64,000 bases of DNA from a virus: the IMG/VR virus record IMGVR_UViG_3300044816_000082, positions 26,881 through 90,880 of that record, one strand, 5' to 3'. Made by a program: the position numbers and the translations under genes. The notes under the pieces are model-generated. The model was not told the DNA's origin. It made no database searches and saw only the letters and a program-made list of their open reading frames with translations. Shown here in pieces: positions 19,277 through 28,396 of this stretch. Numbering within the stretch: position 1 is the first letter of the stretch; every line of letters begins with the position of its first letter.

Positions 19277-19477
19277 ATGAACACCGACCCGACCCGACCC
19301 TGCTGCGACCTTCACTGGAACGGCGGCATCAACTGGTGGGGAACCACCCATGACTGTCCGCGTGACGGGGAGGGCATGACGCTCTGCTGCGGGCGGACGC
19401 CCTTCGACCTGCCCCGTTCCGACCACATGACGATCGACGCCACACTCGTCACTTGCACCGGGAACCGTCATCTCTGA
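19277..19477 (+). CDS. small Cys-rich protein (possibly the N-terminal part of the next ORF)
   Basis: CCGRTPFDLP..D.MT.D..LVTC. Confidence 0.55.
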   Translation: MNTDPTRPCCDLHWNGGINWWGTTHDCPRDGEGMTLCCGRTPFDLPRSDHMTIDATLVTCTGNRHL

Positions 19478-19550
19478 CTTCGAGGCCACCGCCCTGCAGG
19501 ACCTGCTCACCAAGGCCAAGGCGCTCGGCGTCCCGGACGACCACCCGCGC

Positions 19551-20048
19551 GTGTTGGAGGTACAGGCCATGCTCGAGCACGGACCCGGGTCGTGGGCTGC
19601 CCGACGCTGGCACGAACTCCACCCCGACGAAGGCCCGAATATTATTCGAGGCTGCTGTTACGGCGAGCTCCAGTCCTGGGACCGCTGCACATGCTGGACG
19701 CCGGTGTTCGACACCGAGCAGGCGATTCCTCAAGTCATCACCGACCGCGCCGAGCTCGTCGCTGCGGACACGCTGTGCGGGGACTGCGCCTACCGACCCG
19801 GGTCGCCCGAGCGGGAGGACACGTACACCCGCGAGACGCTCTACAGCCTCGCGTCCCGCGACCAGGCGTTCTACTGTCACCGCGGAATGCGCCGCCCTGT
19901 GGCGTACGAGCATCCGGACGGGCGCCGGGTGGAGAGCTCCGGGGATGACTGGACACCCGCGATCGTGGACAGCGTCCCGTACCAGGCCGACGGGACGCCG
20001 GGGGTGCTGTGCGCTGGGTGGGCCGCGCAGCGCCGCCGGGTCACATGA
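19551..20048 (+). CDS. Cys-rich hypothetical protein
   Basis: CTCW.PV...CGDCAYRPGSPER...FYCH.GM...CAGW. Confidence 0.7.
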   Translation: MLEVQAMLEHGPGSWAARRWHELHPDEGPNIIRGCCYGELQSWDRCTCWTPVFDTEQAIPQVITDRAELVAADTLCGDCAYRPGSPEREDTYTRETLYSLASRDQAFYCHRGMRRPVAYEHPDGRRVESSGDDWTPAIVDSVPYQADGTPGVLCAGWAAQRRRVT

Positions 20049-20332
20049 CGCTGCTCGCGCCGTTCGAGGAGGACGCCCTCGAACGATGGGCCGACCACGG
20101 CGGGGCGCTCGTGGTCTGCATCGATGACGCCGAGGACCCGACCCGGGCTAGCGTCATCGCGCTGCGCCCCGGCGCGGACCCGGCCGACTCCCTGCTGCAC
20201 TGGCGCAAGTGGGTCGCTCGGCACTACGACCGGGTCCTGACGGAGGTTGTGGTTGTGCGGTGCGAGTGGCGAAACACCTGGGTTGACGTCGCCCGCGCCG
20301 GGATCATCAGCGAACCCGCGACCGCGACCTGA
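20045..20332 (+). CDS. hypothetical protein
   Basis: ATGA-coupled. Confidence 0.6.
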   Translation: MTLLAPFEEDALERWADHGGALVVCIDDAEDPTRASVIALRPGADPADSLLHWRKWVARHYDRVLTEVVVVRCEWRNTWVDVARAGIISEPATAT

Positions 20333-20353
20333 GCACCGGGCCGGCGTTAGCCT
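20323..20353 (+). promoter_or_regulatory. late-type promoter
   Basis: CGCGAC-N19-TAGCCT. Confidence 0.65.
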
Positions 20354-20384
20354 GCCGTTCAACACCGACCCGTCGGAGGACCTC

Positions 20385-20453
20385 ATGGCATCAACCCGCG
20401 CAGCGCTCGGCAAGACGGTCCGCGTCATCGCCGTGTCGTTCACCAAGAACTAG
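20385..20453 (+). CDS. 22-aa microprotein MASTRAALGKTVRVIAVSFTKN
   Basis: SD GGAGG, preceded by late-type promoter. Confidence 0.5.
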   Translation: MASTRAALGKTVRVIAVSFTKN

Positions 20454-20479
20454 CCGAGCTCGGCGTAGCGTCCCCGGCC

Positions 20480-20728
20480 ATGACAACACAGATCGCCCTC
20501 GAAACCGTCACCGCGGTGATGATCAACACCGATGAGTGGGTCGAGGTTGAGGTCGGTCATACGACCGTCGACACGGTCGCGATCACGAGCCCCGGTCCGC
20601 GAGACGGGCAGCGCACTATGCACCTGGACGCGCAGGCAGCGGGAGGTCCGCACCTGGCGTTCACCGACAAGCACGGAGCGCGGGTCGTCGTCCCCGTGTC
20701 CGCTGTGCAAGCGTGGCGTCTGCGCTGA
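20480..20728 (+). CDS. hypothetical protein
   Basis: 82 aa, TAGCGT 8 nt upstream. Confidence 0.65.
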   Translation: MTTQIALETVTAVMINTDEWVEVEVGHTTVDTVAITSPGPRDGQRTMHLDAQAAGGPHLAFTDKHGARVVVPVSAVQAWRLR

Positions 20729-20780
20729 GCACCCCCAACCCCGGCCGGTAGGCGACCCGGCCTTCATGGAAGGACCAAGC

Positions 20781-21902
20781 ATGCGTGTGACCACGTTCAA
20801 CTACCGCCGCGACGGCAGCCGCGAGTATCGGATCCACCGAGCATGGACGGTCCGGGACATCCCCCGCTGGGCGTTGCTGCTGTGCCGCCTGTTCGGTCAT
20901 CGGCCTGTCACCGCCGGGTTCGACAGCAAGCACATCCCGCCGAGCCGGTGGGTCGAGTGCCGACGCTGCGGATCCCGTCCCCAATGGCAAGGCCGGTTGA
21001 GCGCCCTGGCTCACCCCCATATCGGGAAGCGGTACCGCGGTCAGTGGGCACCGGACGACACCGCCGACCTGATCCTGCGCGCTGGGGAACTCACCCATCC
21101 CCGGTACAAGATCAAGGACGATGAACTGCCCTCCTTGCCGTGCAAACCATGGAGCGCCTCTCCCCGACGGGCCACGTTCCGCACTGAACTGAGCATGCGG
21201 CGCCGATGGTTACGCGACGGGCTGCTAGACCTGACGTTCCGGTTCACCACCGACGCGTACGACGGTGGCATGGGGATCTGGCTGACCATCGGGCCGTTGT
21301 TCATCAGCGCCGACCTTGAGCATGCGTTCGAGCGGTTCCACCGCTGGCTCAAGCACGGGTCGTTGGATGAACGCGAGTTCGAGGTCGGGATACGAGGCTG
21401 GACTCTGCACCTCACCCCGTGGGGCGTCGCGCATTCGTGGACCCGGGCGGATCCGTGGTGGAAACGTGGCGTGTCGATCGACCTCAAGGACAGGATCCTC
21501 GGCCGGCCGATCTACACCACCGTCACGGTCGAGGAACCAACGAGCGTGATCGTTCCCATGCCGGAAGGTCCCTACGCTGCGACGATCACTCTCGAGCGGG
21601 CCATGTGGGAACGCCCGCGCCTGACCCGCCTGACCCGGAACGTCGTGTACCGGTACGACCTGACGCCGGCCCATCACATCCCCGCACCGGGGAAGGGCGA
21701 GAACTCGTGGGACTGCGGTGATGACGGGACGTGGTCGATAAGCGGTCCTTGCGCAGGACCGGACACGGAGTGGAAAGCGAAGGCTGTGGGCGATCTCGTC
21801 GCGTCGTGCTTGCGTAGTCGTGAGCGGTACGCGTCATCGTCGTGGGTACCGGACGCGGGGTGGCCGAGCGAGGACGAGCGACTCGGTCGCGTCCCGGCGT
21901 GA
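20781..21902 (+). CDS. hypothetical protein with N-terminal DUF1660-like motif
   Basis: LLCRLFGH...CRRCG; C-terminal PGKGENSWDCGDDG; SD GGAAGGA. Confidence 0.75.
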   Translation: MRVTTFNYRRDGSREYRIHRAWTVRDIPRWALLLCRLFGHRPVTAGFDSKHIPPSRWVECRRCGSRPQWQGRLSALAHPHIGKRYRGQWAPDDTADLILRAGELTHPRYKIKDDELPSLPCKPWSASPRRATFRTELSMRRRWLRDGLLDLTFRFTTDAYDGGMGIWLTIGPLFISADLEHAFERFHRWLKHGSLDEREFEVGIRGWTLHLTPWGVAHSWTRADPWWKRGVSIDLKDRILGRPIYTTVTVEEPTSVIVPMPEGPYAATITLERAMWERPRLTRLTRNVVYRYDLTPAHHIPAPGKGENSWDCGDDGTWSISGPCAGPDTEWKAKAVGDLVASCLRSRERYASSSWVPDAGWPSEDERLGRVPA

Positions 21903-22336
21903 GCCCGGCAACCCGCAACCCGGGTGTGCCGTCGAAAGCGGGTGCTCCCCGTCCTGACGGGTTCCTGCTCCGCCCCGCCCCGACCGCGGAGCACCTGTGC
22001 ACCCCACCCATGCGGGAAGTCCGGATCTACGCCCCCCGCGGGCCGGCCGTCGGGGAGCGCTGCACATGCCGGGCTGACACCGGGGAGGTCGATGTCGAGT
22101 GTCCCGCCGACGGCACCCCCACGCCCCGCGCATACCACCCTGAGGACGTCCCCGACGGTGAACCTGGGACGTTGTGGCGATGCAGGTGCGGCCAACCGTG
22201 GCAGCTCCGGGTCCGGCAGGTCGAGCGGGATCGTGGGGTGTATCACGGGGTGCGGGTGTGGGACCGGACCTCCGAACGACAGGTCAGGCGAGCGCTGCGC
22301 CGCGCCCGCCGGCGAGGGTGGTGGCGACGTGGCTGA
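21899..22336 (+). CDS. hypothetical protein
   Basis: GTGA-coupled; HLCTPP...WRCRCG. Confidence 0.5.
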   Translation: MSPATRNPGVPSKAGAPRPDGFLLRPAPTAEHLCTPPMREVRIYAPRGPAVGERCTCRADTGEVDVECPADGTPTPRAYHPEDVPDGEPGTLWRCRCGQPWQLRVRQVERDRGVYHGVRVWDRTSERQVRRALRRARRRGWWRRG

Positions 22337-22601
22337 CACTGTCGACCGCCGGGTCGTGGAGCTAACGGCCCGTGCCCGCGCCCAAGCGCAGCACAGGTAC
22401 CGCACCGGGCGGATACTCCCCGACCCTGCTCTGAACGGTCGCGGACGGGTGCTGTTCACTGTGCTCTGCACCTGCGGGGAACAGACGGAGAGCCTGCACG
22501 AGCCGGACCTTGAACCGTGGATCGCGCGGCATGTCGAGAACAACGCCCGCGTCGCCGCGGCCTCGGCGCTCGCTGATCTCGGACAGGAGGGCCATGAGTG
22601 A
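22329..22601 (+). CDS. hypothetical protein
   Basis: Overlapping; CTCG...WIARH. Confidence 0.55.
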   Translation: MADTVDRRVVELTARARAQAQHRYRTGRILPDPALNGRGRVLFTVLCTCGEQTESLHEPDLEPWIARHVENNARVAAASALADLGQEGHE

Positions 22602-22878
22602 CCATCCCTTGCCGCTCGGGGCATGCCCGATCCCCGGGTGCAGCAGTTTCGGGGGAAGCCTCCACGACGCCCCGGCGCATGAGCGGTGGGCGATGACCGG
22701 GGCACCCCTCTCCGTCAACACGCCGGTGGTCGCGGCCGTGTCCTCAACGATCTTGTCGCCGCGCTGCGGGCACCCCGGTCCCCTGGTGCTCAACGGAGGG
22801 GGGTACGCCGGGTGTGACCTCCCCTTTGACCACGAGGGGGATCAGCACAGTTTCACCGTGAAGTGGGCACGAGGATGA
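22594..22878 (+). CDS. hypothetical protein
   Basis: SD AGGAGG. Confidence 0.55.
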   Translation: MSDHPLPLGACPIPGCSSFGGSLHDAPAHERWAMTGAPLSVNTPVVAAVSSTILSPRCGHPGPLVLNGGGYAGCDLPFDHEGDQHSFTVKWARG

Positions 22879-23168
22879 ACAGATGGACGCAGGTCTTGCC
22901 GTGGATCCCGGTCGACGTCGCGGACGCCCTCCGCACGGGGTGCATCACCGTCGCGGGCATCATCGTCGTGACCGCGTTGTGGTCTATGCGGACACGGTCC
23001 ACGTCGCACCGGCAACAAGCCCGGTACCTCGGGCTCGCGCTGTTCGCGGTCGCTGCGATCTACACCGAGATCGATCGGTTCCACACAGGGGCGACGATCA
23101 GGCTCCCCGTGACGGTCTTCGCGGTCCTCGCGTCGATGTACGGGCTCAGCCACGAACGGCAATCCTGA
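22875..23168 (+). CDS. small membrane protein (about 3 TM)
   Basis: Three hydrophobic segments. Confidence 0.65.
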   Translation: MNRWTQVLPWIPVDVADALRTGCITVAGIIVVTALWSMRTRSTSHRQQARYLGLALFAVAAIYTEIDRFHTGATIRLPVTVFAVLASMYGLSHERQS

Positions 23169-23737
23169 TGACCCAACCCGCGCCCGAGCGCGGCCGGACC
23201 GTGACTGGCCCTGGCGGGATCCCCTTCCCTGCCTCGCAGGTCCTCGATCAGTCGGGGCCGGCGAACCTGCTCGGGGGCTGCGCCGGGTGCGGGAGCTGCT
23301 GCAGCAACCTGACCATCTCGTTCAGCCCCGACCAGATCCGCGAAGCCGTCCTGCTCCTCGACGCCGCCGACGCTGACGCAGCCGCAGGGGAACCCCACCC
23401 GGACTACAGCGAGCAGGAACGCCGCAACATTCGGTGGCTCGGGCAGCTCATCGAGAAGGGACCTCGTGTCCTCGGGCAGCATGCCTACTCCTGCCCGATG
23501 CTCGACCCGATCAGCCGCTTGTGTACCGCCCATGAACGCCGCCCGCAGGTGTGCATCGGGTTCCCGTTCTACGGGAGGTCCCCGGCCGATGACCCGGCCG
23601 AGATGAGCGACGGGTGTTCCTACCAGTGGGAACTTCCCGTCGAGCTCCGCGCACCCCTGACAGGTGGTCTCGGCACGGCAGGGTGGGAGGGCCCCACAGG
23701 TCCCGTTGGGCGCCTGATCCCGCTCTGGCCGGCGTAG
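23168..23737 (+). CDS. YkgJ-like CxxCxxCC metal-binding protein
   Basis: CAGCGSCC...CPMLD...CTAHERRPQVC.GFPF. Confidence 0.8.
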   Translation: MTQPAPERGRTVTGPGGIPFPASQVLDQSGPANLLGGCAGCGSCCSNLTISFSPDQIREAVLLLDAADADAAAGEPHPDYSEQERRNIRWLGQLIEKGPRVLGQHAYSCPMLDPISRLCTAHERRPQVCIGFPFYGRSPADDPAEMSDGCSYQWELPVELRAPLTGGLGTAGWEGPTGPVGRLIPLWPA

Positions 23738-23738
23738 G

Positions 23739-23769
23739 CGCGACCCTGCCACGGGTCGGGTCGTAGCCT
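23739..23769 (+). promoter_or_regulatory. late-type promoter
   Basis: CGCGAC-N19-TAGCCT. Confidence 0.7.
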
Positions 23770-23805
23770 GCCCCCGAGTAGCCCACACAGCTTCGGAGGA
23801 ACCTC

Positions 23806-24225
23806 ATGACCGTTCGCCAGTACGGCCCCTCGGCTCAGACGGTCGTACCGACCGCGGCCAACAAGGTCACCGTCAAGGACAAGGCTGGCAGCGCGGTGAC
23901 GCTGTCGACGGCCGTCGCGCTCGACGGAAGCGGGAGGGTGTCGTTTGCGGTCGACGACGCGGTCGTGACCGCTCGGGACCTGTACGTGACGGTCCTCAAC
24001 GACGACGGGAAGACCAGCACCGACCGCTGGCACATCGGGTCGGCCGCGACCGCGGGGCAGCTCCGGAAGGACATCGCGGCGGCGACCGCCGGGTTGCAGA
24101 CCGCGATCAGCGGCTGGGGCGCCCCGTCGGGGACGTACACGGTCGGGAAGGACACGGCGATCCTCGCAGCGCTTAAGGTCGTCGCGTCCCTCGCGCAGCA
24201 CGACAGCGCTGCGACTGCTGGCTAA
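23806..24225 (+). CDS. Ala/Thr/Val-rich, possibly virion-associated protein
   Basis: SD GGAGG, late promoter, structural-like composition. Confidence 0.65.
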   Translation: MTVRQYGPSAQTVVPTAANKVTVKDKAGSAVTLSTAVALDGSGRVSFAVDDAVVTARDLYVTVLNDDGKTSTDRWHIGSAATAGQLRKDIAAATAGLQTAISGWGAPSGTYTVGKDTAILAALKVVASLAQHDSAATAG

Positions 24226-24434
24226 CGGAGCGGGCGTGCTCGTGCGGGGTTCCACGCCCTCGCACGAGCACGACCTCACCCCTATCCTGCAGGGGATGAA
24301 GGTCACGAAGTGGGGACGGCTGTGGCGTGGACACATCCGGGTCGTCCCACCACATCGCTCCCGAAACGTCGCCGGGCCGTTGTACTCTGCGGCGATGTCG
24401 GGCGAGCGACCCGACGTGGAGGAAGGCACCTGCC

Positions 24435-24821
24435 ATGGGAACGAGGACGACCCGCGTAGGCGGAGGTAAGGTCCCGACCGGATCGGTGGCTGCTGCTCAA
24501 CCCCCGGTGGGGGGGAGCAAGACCAAACCGATCGCGATAGATGACCCGGCCGATCGTGCCCGGCGTGCTCAGCTCTACCGTGAACGCACAGGTCGGGTCG
24601 TGTCCGTGGCGCTCAGCACCGGGGTCCCCCACTGGTTGACGGTCCTGCTCGAGGCGTGCGTCAAGCCCGCCCGGCGTAACCCCACACTCGCGGACGCCCT
24701 CGCCGGCGTACCGGAGAAGTACCGCGCGGCACCGGCCGTGCCCGACCCGAAGGACAGCCATGACCGAAACCAAGACAGCCCTCGACCCCGCAGTCCTCGG
24801 GCTCAGCGAAAGGGCGAATGA
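24435..24821 (+). CDS. hypothetical protein
   Basis: SD GGAGGAAGG; overlaps the next gene. Confidence 0.5.
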   Translation: MGTRTTRVGGGKVPTGSVAAAQPPVGGSKTKPIAIDDPADRARRAQLYRERTGRVVSVALSTGVPHWLTVLLEACVKPARRNPTLADALAGVPEKYRAAPAVPDPKDSHDRNQDSPRPRSPRAQRKGE

Positions 24822-25377
24822 GGAGACCGTCACGGCGCTGGCTGCAAACGCCGTCGCGATCAGCGATCGCCTCCTGCTCCTCGCGGACGGCGGAGGTGAT
24901 GACCTGATGCTCGCGGAGCTGCAGACCCTTCGTACCCGCCCCGCTGTCGAGCTCCGCGACCTCGCGGCCGTCGCCCGACACCTCGGGCTGGCCGACGTCG
25001 TGACGACCGCCGACGACGCGTACAGCGTCCGGACCACCTCAGGTGGCCCAGCGCGGCCGCCGTTGTGGTTCACCGTCCCGCCCTACGCGCCCCCATCGGC
25101 GCTCGCGGTCCCCGACCCGACCGGGCCCGACGTCCAGGCGTACCTCGAGGTCGTTCTGGCGGAGGCCGACGACGCCCTCGACGGTGGTCTGGTCAGGACC
25201 CTCGCGACAGGGTGGGTGCAGGTCCTGTTCCTGCACGGCGCCGACAGTTCGAGTGACGATGCGCACCGCGCGGGCCGGGCGTTGTGCTCCGCCCCGGGAT
25301 GTACCACCAAGCATGGGGTCCGGTCGGTGTATCCGTGCGCGACGCGTGAGGTACTCACCGCCACCCTCCCCGAATGA
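24760..25377 (+). CDS. hypothetical protein
   Basis: SD GAAGGA, 205 aa. Confidence 0.65.
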   Translation: MTETKTALDPAVLGLSERANEETVTALAANAVAISDRLLLLADGGGDDLMLAELQTLRTRPAVELRDLAAVARHLGLADVVTTADDAYSVRTTSGGPARPPLWFTVPPYAPPSALAVPDPTGPDVQAYLEVVLAEADDALDGGLVRTLATGWVQVLFLHGADSSSDDAHRAGRALCSAPGCTTKHGVRSVYPCATREVLTATLPE

Positions 25378-25850
25378 CCGGGTTCGACGAGGAACGGTTA
25401 CTCGCCGCTGTCCTTCTGGTAGGCCACACAGGAGCCAAGGACTTCGAGGTCGGGTTCCTGTACGACGACGTTCCCATCGACAAGGCCGACTGGTGGGCCA
25501 AAGCTCAGTACCAGGGCACCCGGATCACCGTCGAGCACCACGACGGTCCCGTCGCCGCCGCTGAGGCGCTCGCAGGACGGTTGTTGACGAGCGCCAAGTG
25601 CATGTGGTGCGACGGTCTGATCACGCTCAACCCGGCCGGCGCCGTGGCGTGGCCGAGCGCGGTGCTCGGTGACGGCTCGGTGCTGCCTGACAGTCAGGCT
25701 GGCTTCGAGGCGATGGGACAGTGTTTCTGGCGTCGCGAGGGAGCGCGGTGGGAACCGGGGTGCATCCACGGTGCCAGCACCGCACCCAAGGCGCCGAAGA
25801 ACCGTGCTGACCGACGTCGCCTCCACCGCGACTACGAAGCATCCCGGTGA
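25374..25850 (+). CDS. hypothetical protein
   Basis: ATGA-coupled; WWAKAQYQGTRI. Confidence 0.7.
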   Translation: MTGFDEERLLAAVLLVGHTGAKDFEVGFLYDDVPIDKADWWAKAQYQGTRITVEHHDGPVAAAEALAGRLLTSAKCMWCDGLITLNPAGAVAWPSAVLGDGSVLPDSQAGFEAMGQCFWRREGARWEPGCIHGASTAPKAPKNRADRRRLHRDYEASR

Positions 25851-25865
25851 GCGAGAGGCCGGGTT

Positions 25866-26156
25866 GTGGCTGAGCTCGACCCCGACGTCGTGGCACGCGC
25901 TGTCCTGGCGTGGAACACCGAACCGACCGGGACTCACCCCAGCGCGGAACTCGTCGCGCTCGCGTCGGCTGTCCTTGCCCGCCGGCCCCGCGCCCTCGTC
26001 CAGATCCACGCGCTATACGCGGTCACCGACAGCCTCACCGGACTCACCACACCGTGCTGTACCTGCGGGTGGACGTCACCGCAGACCGTCCCCTACGACC
26101 CCCCGAGCTCGGTCGAGAAGCGGTACCTCGCCCTCGGCGTCGCTACCCACCCGTGA
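25866..26156 (+). CDS. hypothetical protein
   Basis: 96 aa, coupled to the HNH gene. Confidence 0.55.
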   Translation: MAELDPDVVARAVLAWNTEPTGTHPSAELVALASAVLARRPRALVQIHALYAVTDSLTGLTTPCCTCGWTSPQTVPYDPPSSVEKRYLALGVATHP

Positions 26157-26530
26157 CCGCTGAGTCCTCTACACGCGCGGCCGTCGCGGACCGCAGCCAA
26201 GGTCGCTGCGAAATGGGGTGCGGGCAGCGGGCAGTGAACGTCCACCACCGCCTCAACCGATCTCAGGGTGGGGTGTGGTGCCCCAGCAACGCCCTCCACC
26301 TCGACGGGAGCGGGACGACCGGGTGCCACGGGAGGATCGGCGCGAACCCCGAGTGGGCGTACGCAGAGGGACTCCTCATCCACAGGGGGCAGGACCCGCG
26401 ACTGGTCCCTGTCCGCCTCCAACACCCCGTGTACCTGGCGTGGTGGTTCCTTCTGGACGCAGGGGGTGGGGTGGTGTTCCACGAGGACTACCCAACCCCG
26501 TCAGCACAGGTCACCGGACTCATCGCCTGA
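26153..26530 (+). CDS. HNH endonuclease
   Basis: RCEMGC...HHRLNRSQGG...SN.LHL.GSGTTGCHG.I. Confidence 0.8.
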   Translation: MTAESSTRAAVADRSQGRCEMGCGQRAVNVHHRLNRSQGGVWCPSNALHLDGSGTTGCHGRIGANPEWAYAEGLLIHRGQDPRLVPVRLQHPVYLAWWFLLDAGGGVVFHEDYPTPSAQVTGLIA

Positions 26531-26542
26531 ACAGGACCTAGC

Positions 26543-26583
26543 GCGCTAACGTGGTTGACAATGAGGGGGCAAGCGGCCCCTTC
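26543..26583 (+). promoter_or_regulatory. degenerate early-type promoter plus hairpin
   Basis: GCTAACGTGGTTGACAATGAGGG then GGGG-CAAGCGG-CCCC. Confidence 0.55.
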
Positions 26584-26600
26584 CGTCGAGGAGGACACCC

Positions 26601-26873
26601 ATGAGACACCACCACTACCCGCACCACCCGCGGGTACTCGACCTCATCCACCACGCCGTGTCGCACCGTAAGCCCCGGCCACCGTCGTACGCGTCGGTAG
26701 CGTTCAGCGCCCCCGTGCTGCTGTGGAGCTTCCTTCTCGCCGCGATCCCCGGTGCCGGTGCCGCGTGGCTGTGGCAGCCCCTCGGCCCGATCGTCCTGAT
26801 CATCGTCGCGGTGTACCTCATCGACCTGTTCGGCAGGCTCGGCCGGCGTGAACAGCAACGGCAACGACGATGA
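26601..26873 (+). CDS. small membrane protein (2 TM)
   Basis: SD GAGGAGG; hydrophobic segments. Confidence 0.65.
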   Translation: MRHHHYPHHPRVLDLIHHAVSHRKPRPPSYASVAFSAPVLLWSFLLAAIPGAGAAWLWQPLGPIVLIIVAVYLIDLFGRLGRREQQRQRR

Positions 26874-27097
26874 GTCTGCTGCACGGGCGGTCCCCCGCTG
26901 ATCGGGTCGAGCAGGCGAAGGCGCACTGTGAGTACCTGCGGGTCGCGATCCTGCGCGCCCCGTGGGCGCACCTCGAGAAGACCGCGGACCATCCGACGAA
27001 CTGCCCGACGCCGTGTGCGCACGAGCAGCGGCTCCGCGCACAGCTCGACGTGTACCTCGACGCGTTCCTCGAGGAACACCCCCACCCGACCGGGTGA
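26870..27097 (+). CDS. hypothetical protein
   Basis: ATGA-coupled. Confidence 0.6.
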   Translation: MSLLHGRSPADRVEQAKAHCEYLRVAILRAPWAHLEKTADHPTNCPTPCAHEQRLRAQLDVYLDAFLEEHPHPTG

Positions 27098-27249
27098 ACG
27101 TCGGTGTGTCACGGCACCCGCCGGGGTTAGGGTCGTGTCACCCTTCCCGGATGAACGTCACCGACCTCCGGGGAGCACGCCTAGCCCGGCTGCGCCGGAT
27201 CGCCCCGACGCACCCGGTCTTCCGCGTCCCCACCCAGCGGGACACCCCG

Positions 27250-27310
27250 GTTACACCGACGCTAACCGGGTATACACTTGTTGTAGGGGACCGGGTAGCC
27301 ACCGGGTCCC
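27250..27310 (+). promoter_or_regulatory. early-type promoter plus hairpin
   Basis: GCTAACCGGGTATACACT; hairpin loop GTAGCCA; SD GAGGAGG follows. Confidence 0.7.
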
Positions 27311-27366
27311 GCGAGGAGGTTCCTGATGACCCTGACCTACGGCTGGTGTGGAACCACCATGCATCC

Positions 27367-27392
27367 ACTCGGTAGCGGCGGTGGGCACGATG
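27367..27392 (+). repeat. gene-junction repeat CYCGGTAGCGGCG (1 of 5 copies)
   Basis: Copies at 27367, 27651, 27853, 33484 and 34289. Confidence 0.7.
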
Positions 27393-27683
27393 CCTGAGCA
27401 GCCTTCCCGTGTGGTTGCTGAGACGTGCGCCAGCCTGCTCACCGACCCGAACAGACACCATCACCGCTGCGACCTAGCCCCTGGACACGACGGGGACGAG
27501 CATCGCCATCAGATGCCCGGCTACGCGCTGACCTGGCTAACAAGGGACGAGTCGTCCCTCACCGGACGACTCGAAGGGTTCTGTGGACAGGAGCCCGACC
27601 ACGGCCCGCACACCACTCGTTTCATGTGGTGCATCGGTCACGGACCAACGCCCGGTAGCGGCGGCACGGAGGGCGAGCGGTGA
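27390..27683 (+). CDS. His/Cys-rich hypothetical protein
   Basis: C.L..GH.G..H and CG...DHGPH...C.GH motifs. Confidence 0.55.
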   Translation: MPEQPSRVVAETCASLLTDPNRHHHRCDLAPGHDGDEHRHQMPGYALTWLTRDESSLTGRLEGFCGQEPDHGPHTTRFMWCIGHGPTPGSGGTEGER

Positions 27684-27883
27684 GCGCCCGAGCGTGGATT
27701 GCGCGCAAGAACGGGCAGCACAGCGACCAGGCCAAGGCCGACCGCAAGGAGGCCAAGAGGCGTTGTCGTCACTGCCCGGAGCCGTGGTACGACCATGCCT
27801 ACGGCGACACTGGCAAGCGCGGCCTGACCCATCGACTGGACGCGCAGCCAGCACCCGGTAGCGGCGGTGGGTCCGATGTCTGA
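27680..27883 (+). CDS. hypothetical protein
   Basis: Coupled. Confidence 0.5.
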   Translation: MSARAWIARKNGQHSDQAKADRKEAKRRCRHCPEPWYDHAYGDTGKRGLTHRLDAQPAPGSGGGSDV

Positions 27884-28166
27884 GGGGAGCACGCCGAAGC
27901 CCATAACGAGCGACAACGTAGACACCTGGCTCTGCACCGTCCAGGGGGTTGCGCACGACTTCCGGCTCCGCGAGTGGCAAACCGCTTGGAACACTGTTCG
28001 CACTTCCTGGGTGTGCATCTGGTGCAACGGGATCGCCTGTGGCGACCACGACGAGGTCGACCCGTGCTGGCTCATCTACCACCACCCGACTGCGCACAAG
28101 ACACGTTCTGGTGTCGTCTGGCCGCTAGGAGGAGCGCGCCCGCGACCGACCGCTAAGGCGGGCTGA
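27876..28166 (+). CDS. Cys/His-rich hypothetical protein
   Basis: CIWC...ACG...DPCWLIYHH. Confidence 0.6.
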   Translation: MSEGSTPKPITSDNVDTWLCTVQGVAHDFRLREWQTAWNTVRTSWVCIWCNGIACGDHDEVDPCWLIYHHPTAHKTRSGVVWPLGGARPRPTAKAG

Positions 28167-28182
28167 AAGCGGGTTCGTGGCG

Positions 28183-28239
28183 CACCCCGTCAACCGGGTA
28201 TACGATGGTGGGCAGCCCGGTCGGGATAGCCACCCGACC
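28183..28239 (+). promoter_or_regulatory. early-type promoter plus hairpin
   Basis: GTCAACCGGGTATACGAT; GGTCGGG-ATAGCCA-CCCGACC. Confidence 0.75.
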
Positions 28240-28258
28240 CGAACGCTAGGAGGACCTC

Positions 28259-28396
28259 ATCGCATACCTACGGCGCCTGCTCTGCGGTGCCCTCGGCCAC
28301 CGTCCGTCCCTAACCGAATGGGTCACCACCGACAAGCGCAGCGTGCTCCGTCCCTGCACACGTTGCGGTGCCTACCTCAAGAGAGAAGCCCGATGA
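28259..28396 (+). CDS. 45-aa DUF1660-like ORF lacking a canonical start (ATC)
   Basis: SD AGGAGG then ATC; LLCGALGH...CTRCG; ATGA overlap with the next gene. Confidence 0.5.
   Translation: MAYLRRLLCGALGHRPSLTEWVTTDKRSVLRPCTRCGAYLKREAR

Noticed and set aside
26962-27375. 137-aa ORF spanning the 27250-27310 promoter and hairpin
   Set aside because: It runs through a conserved regulatory unit and has no recognisable motif; its coding status is unsupported.
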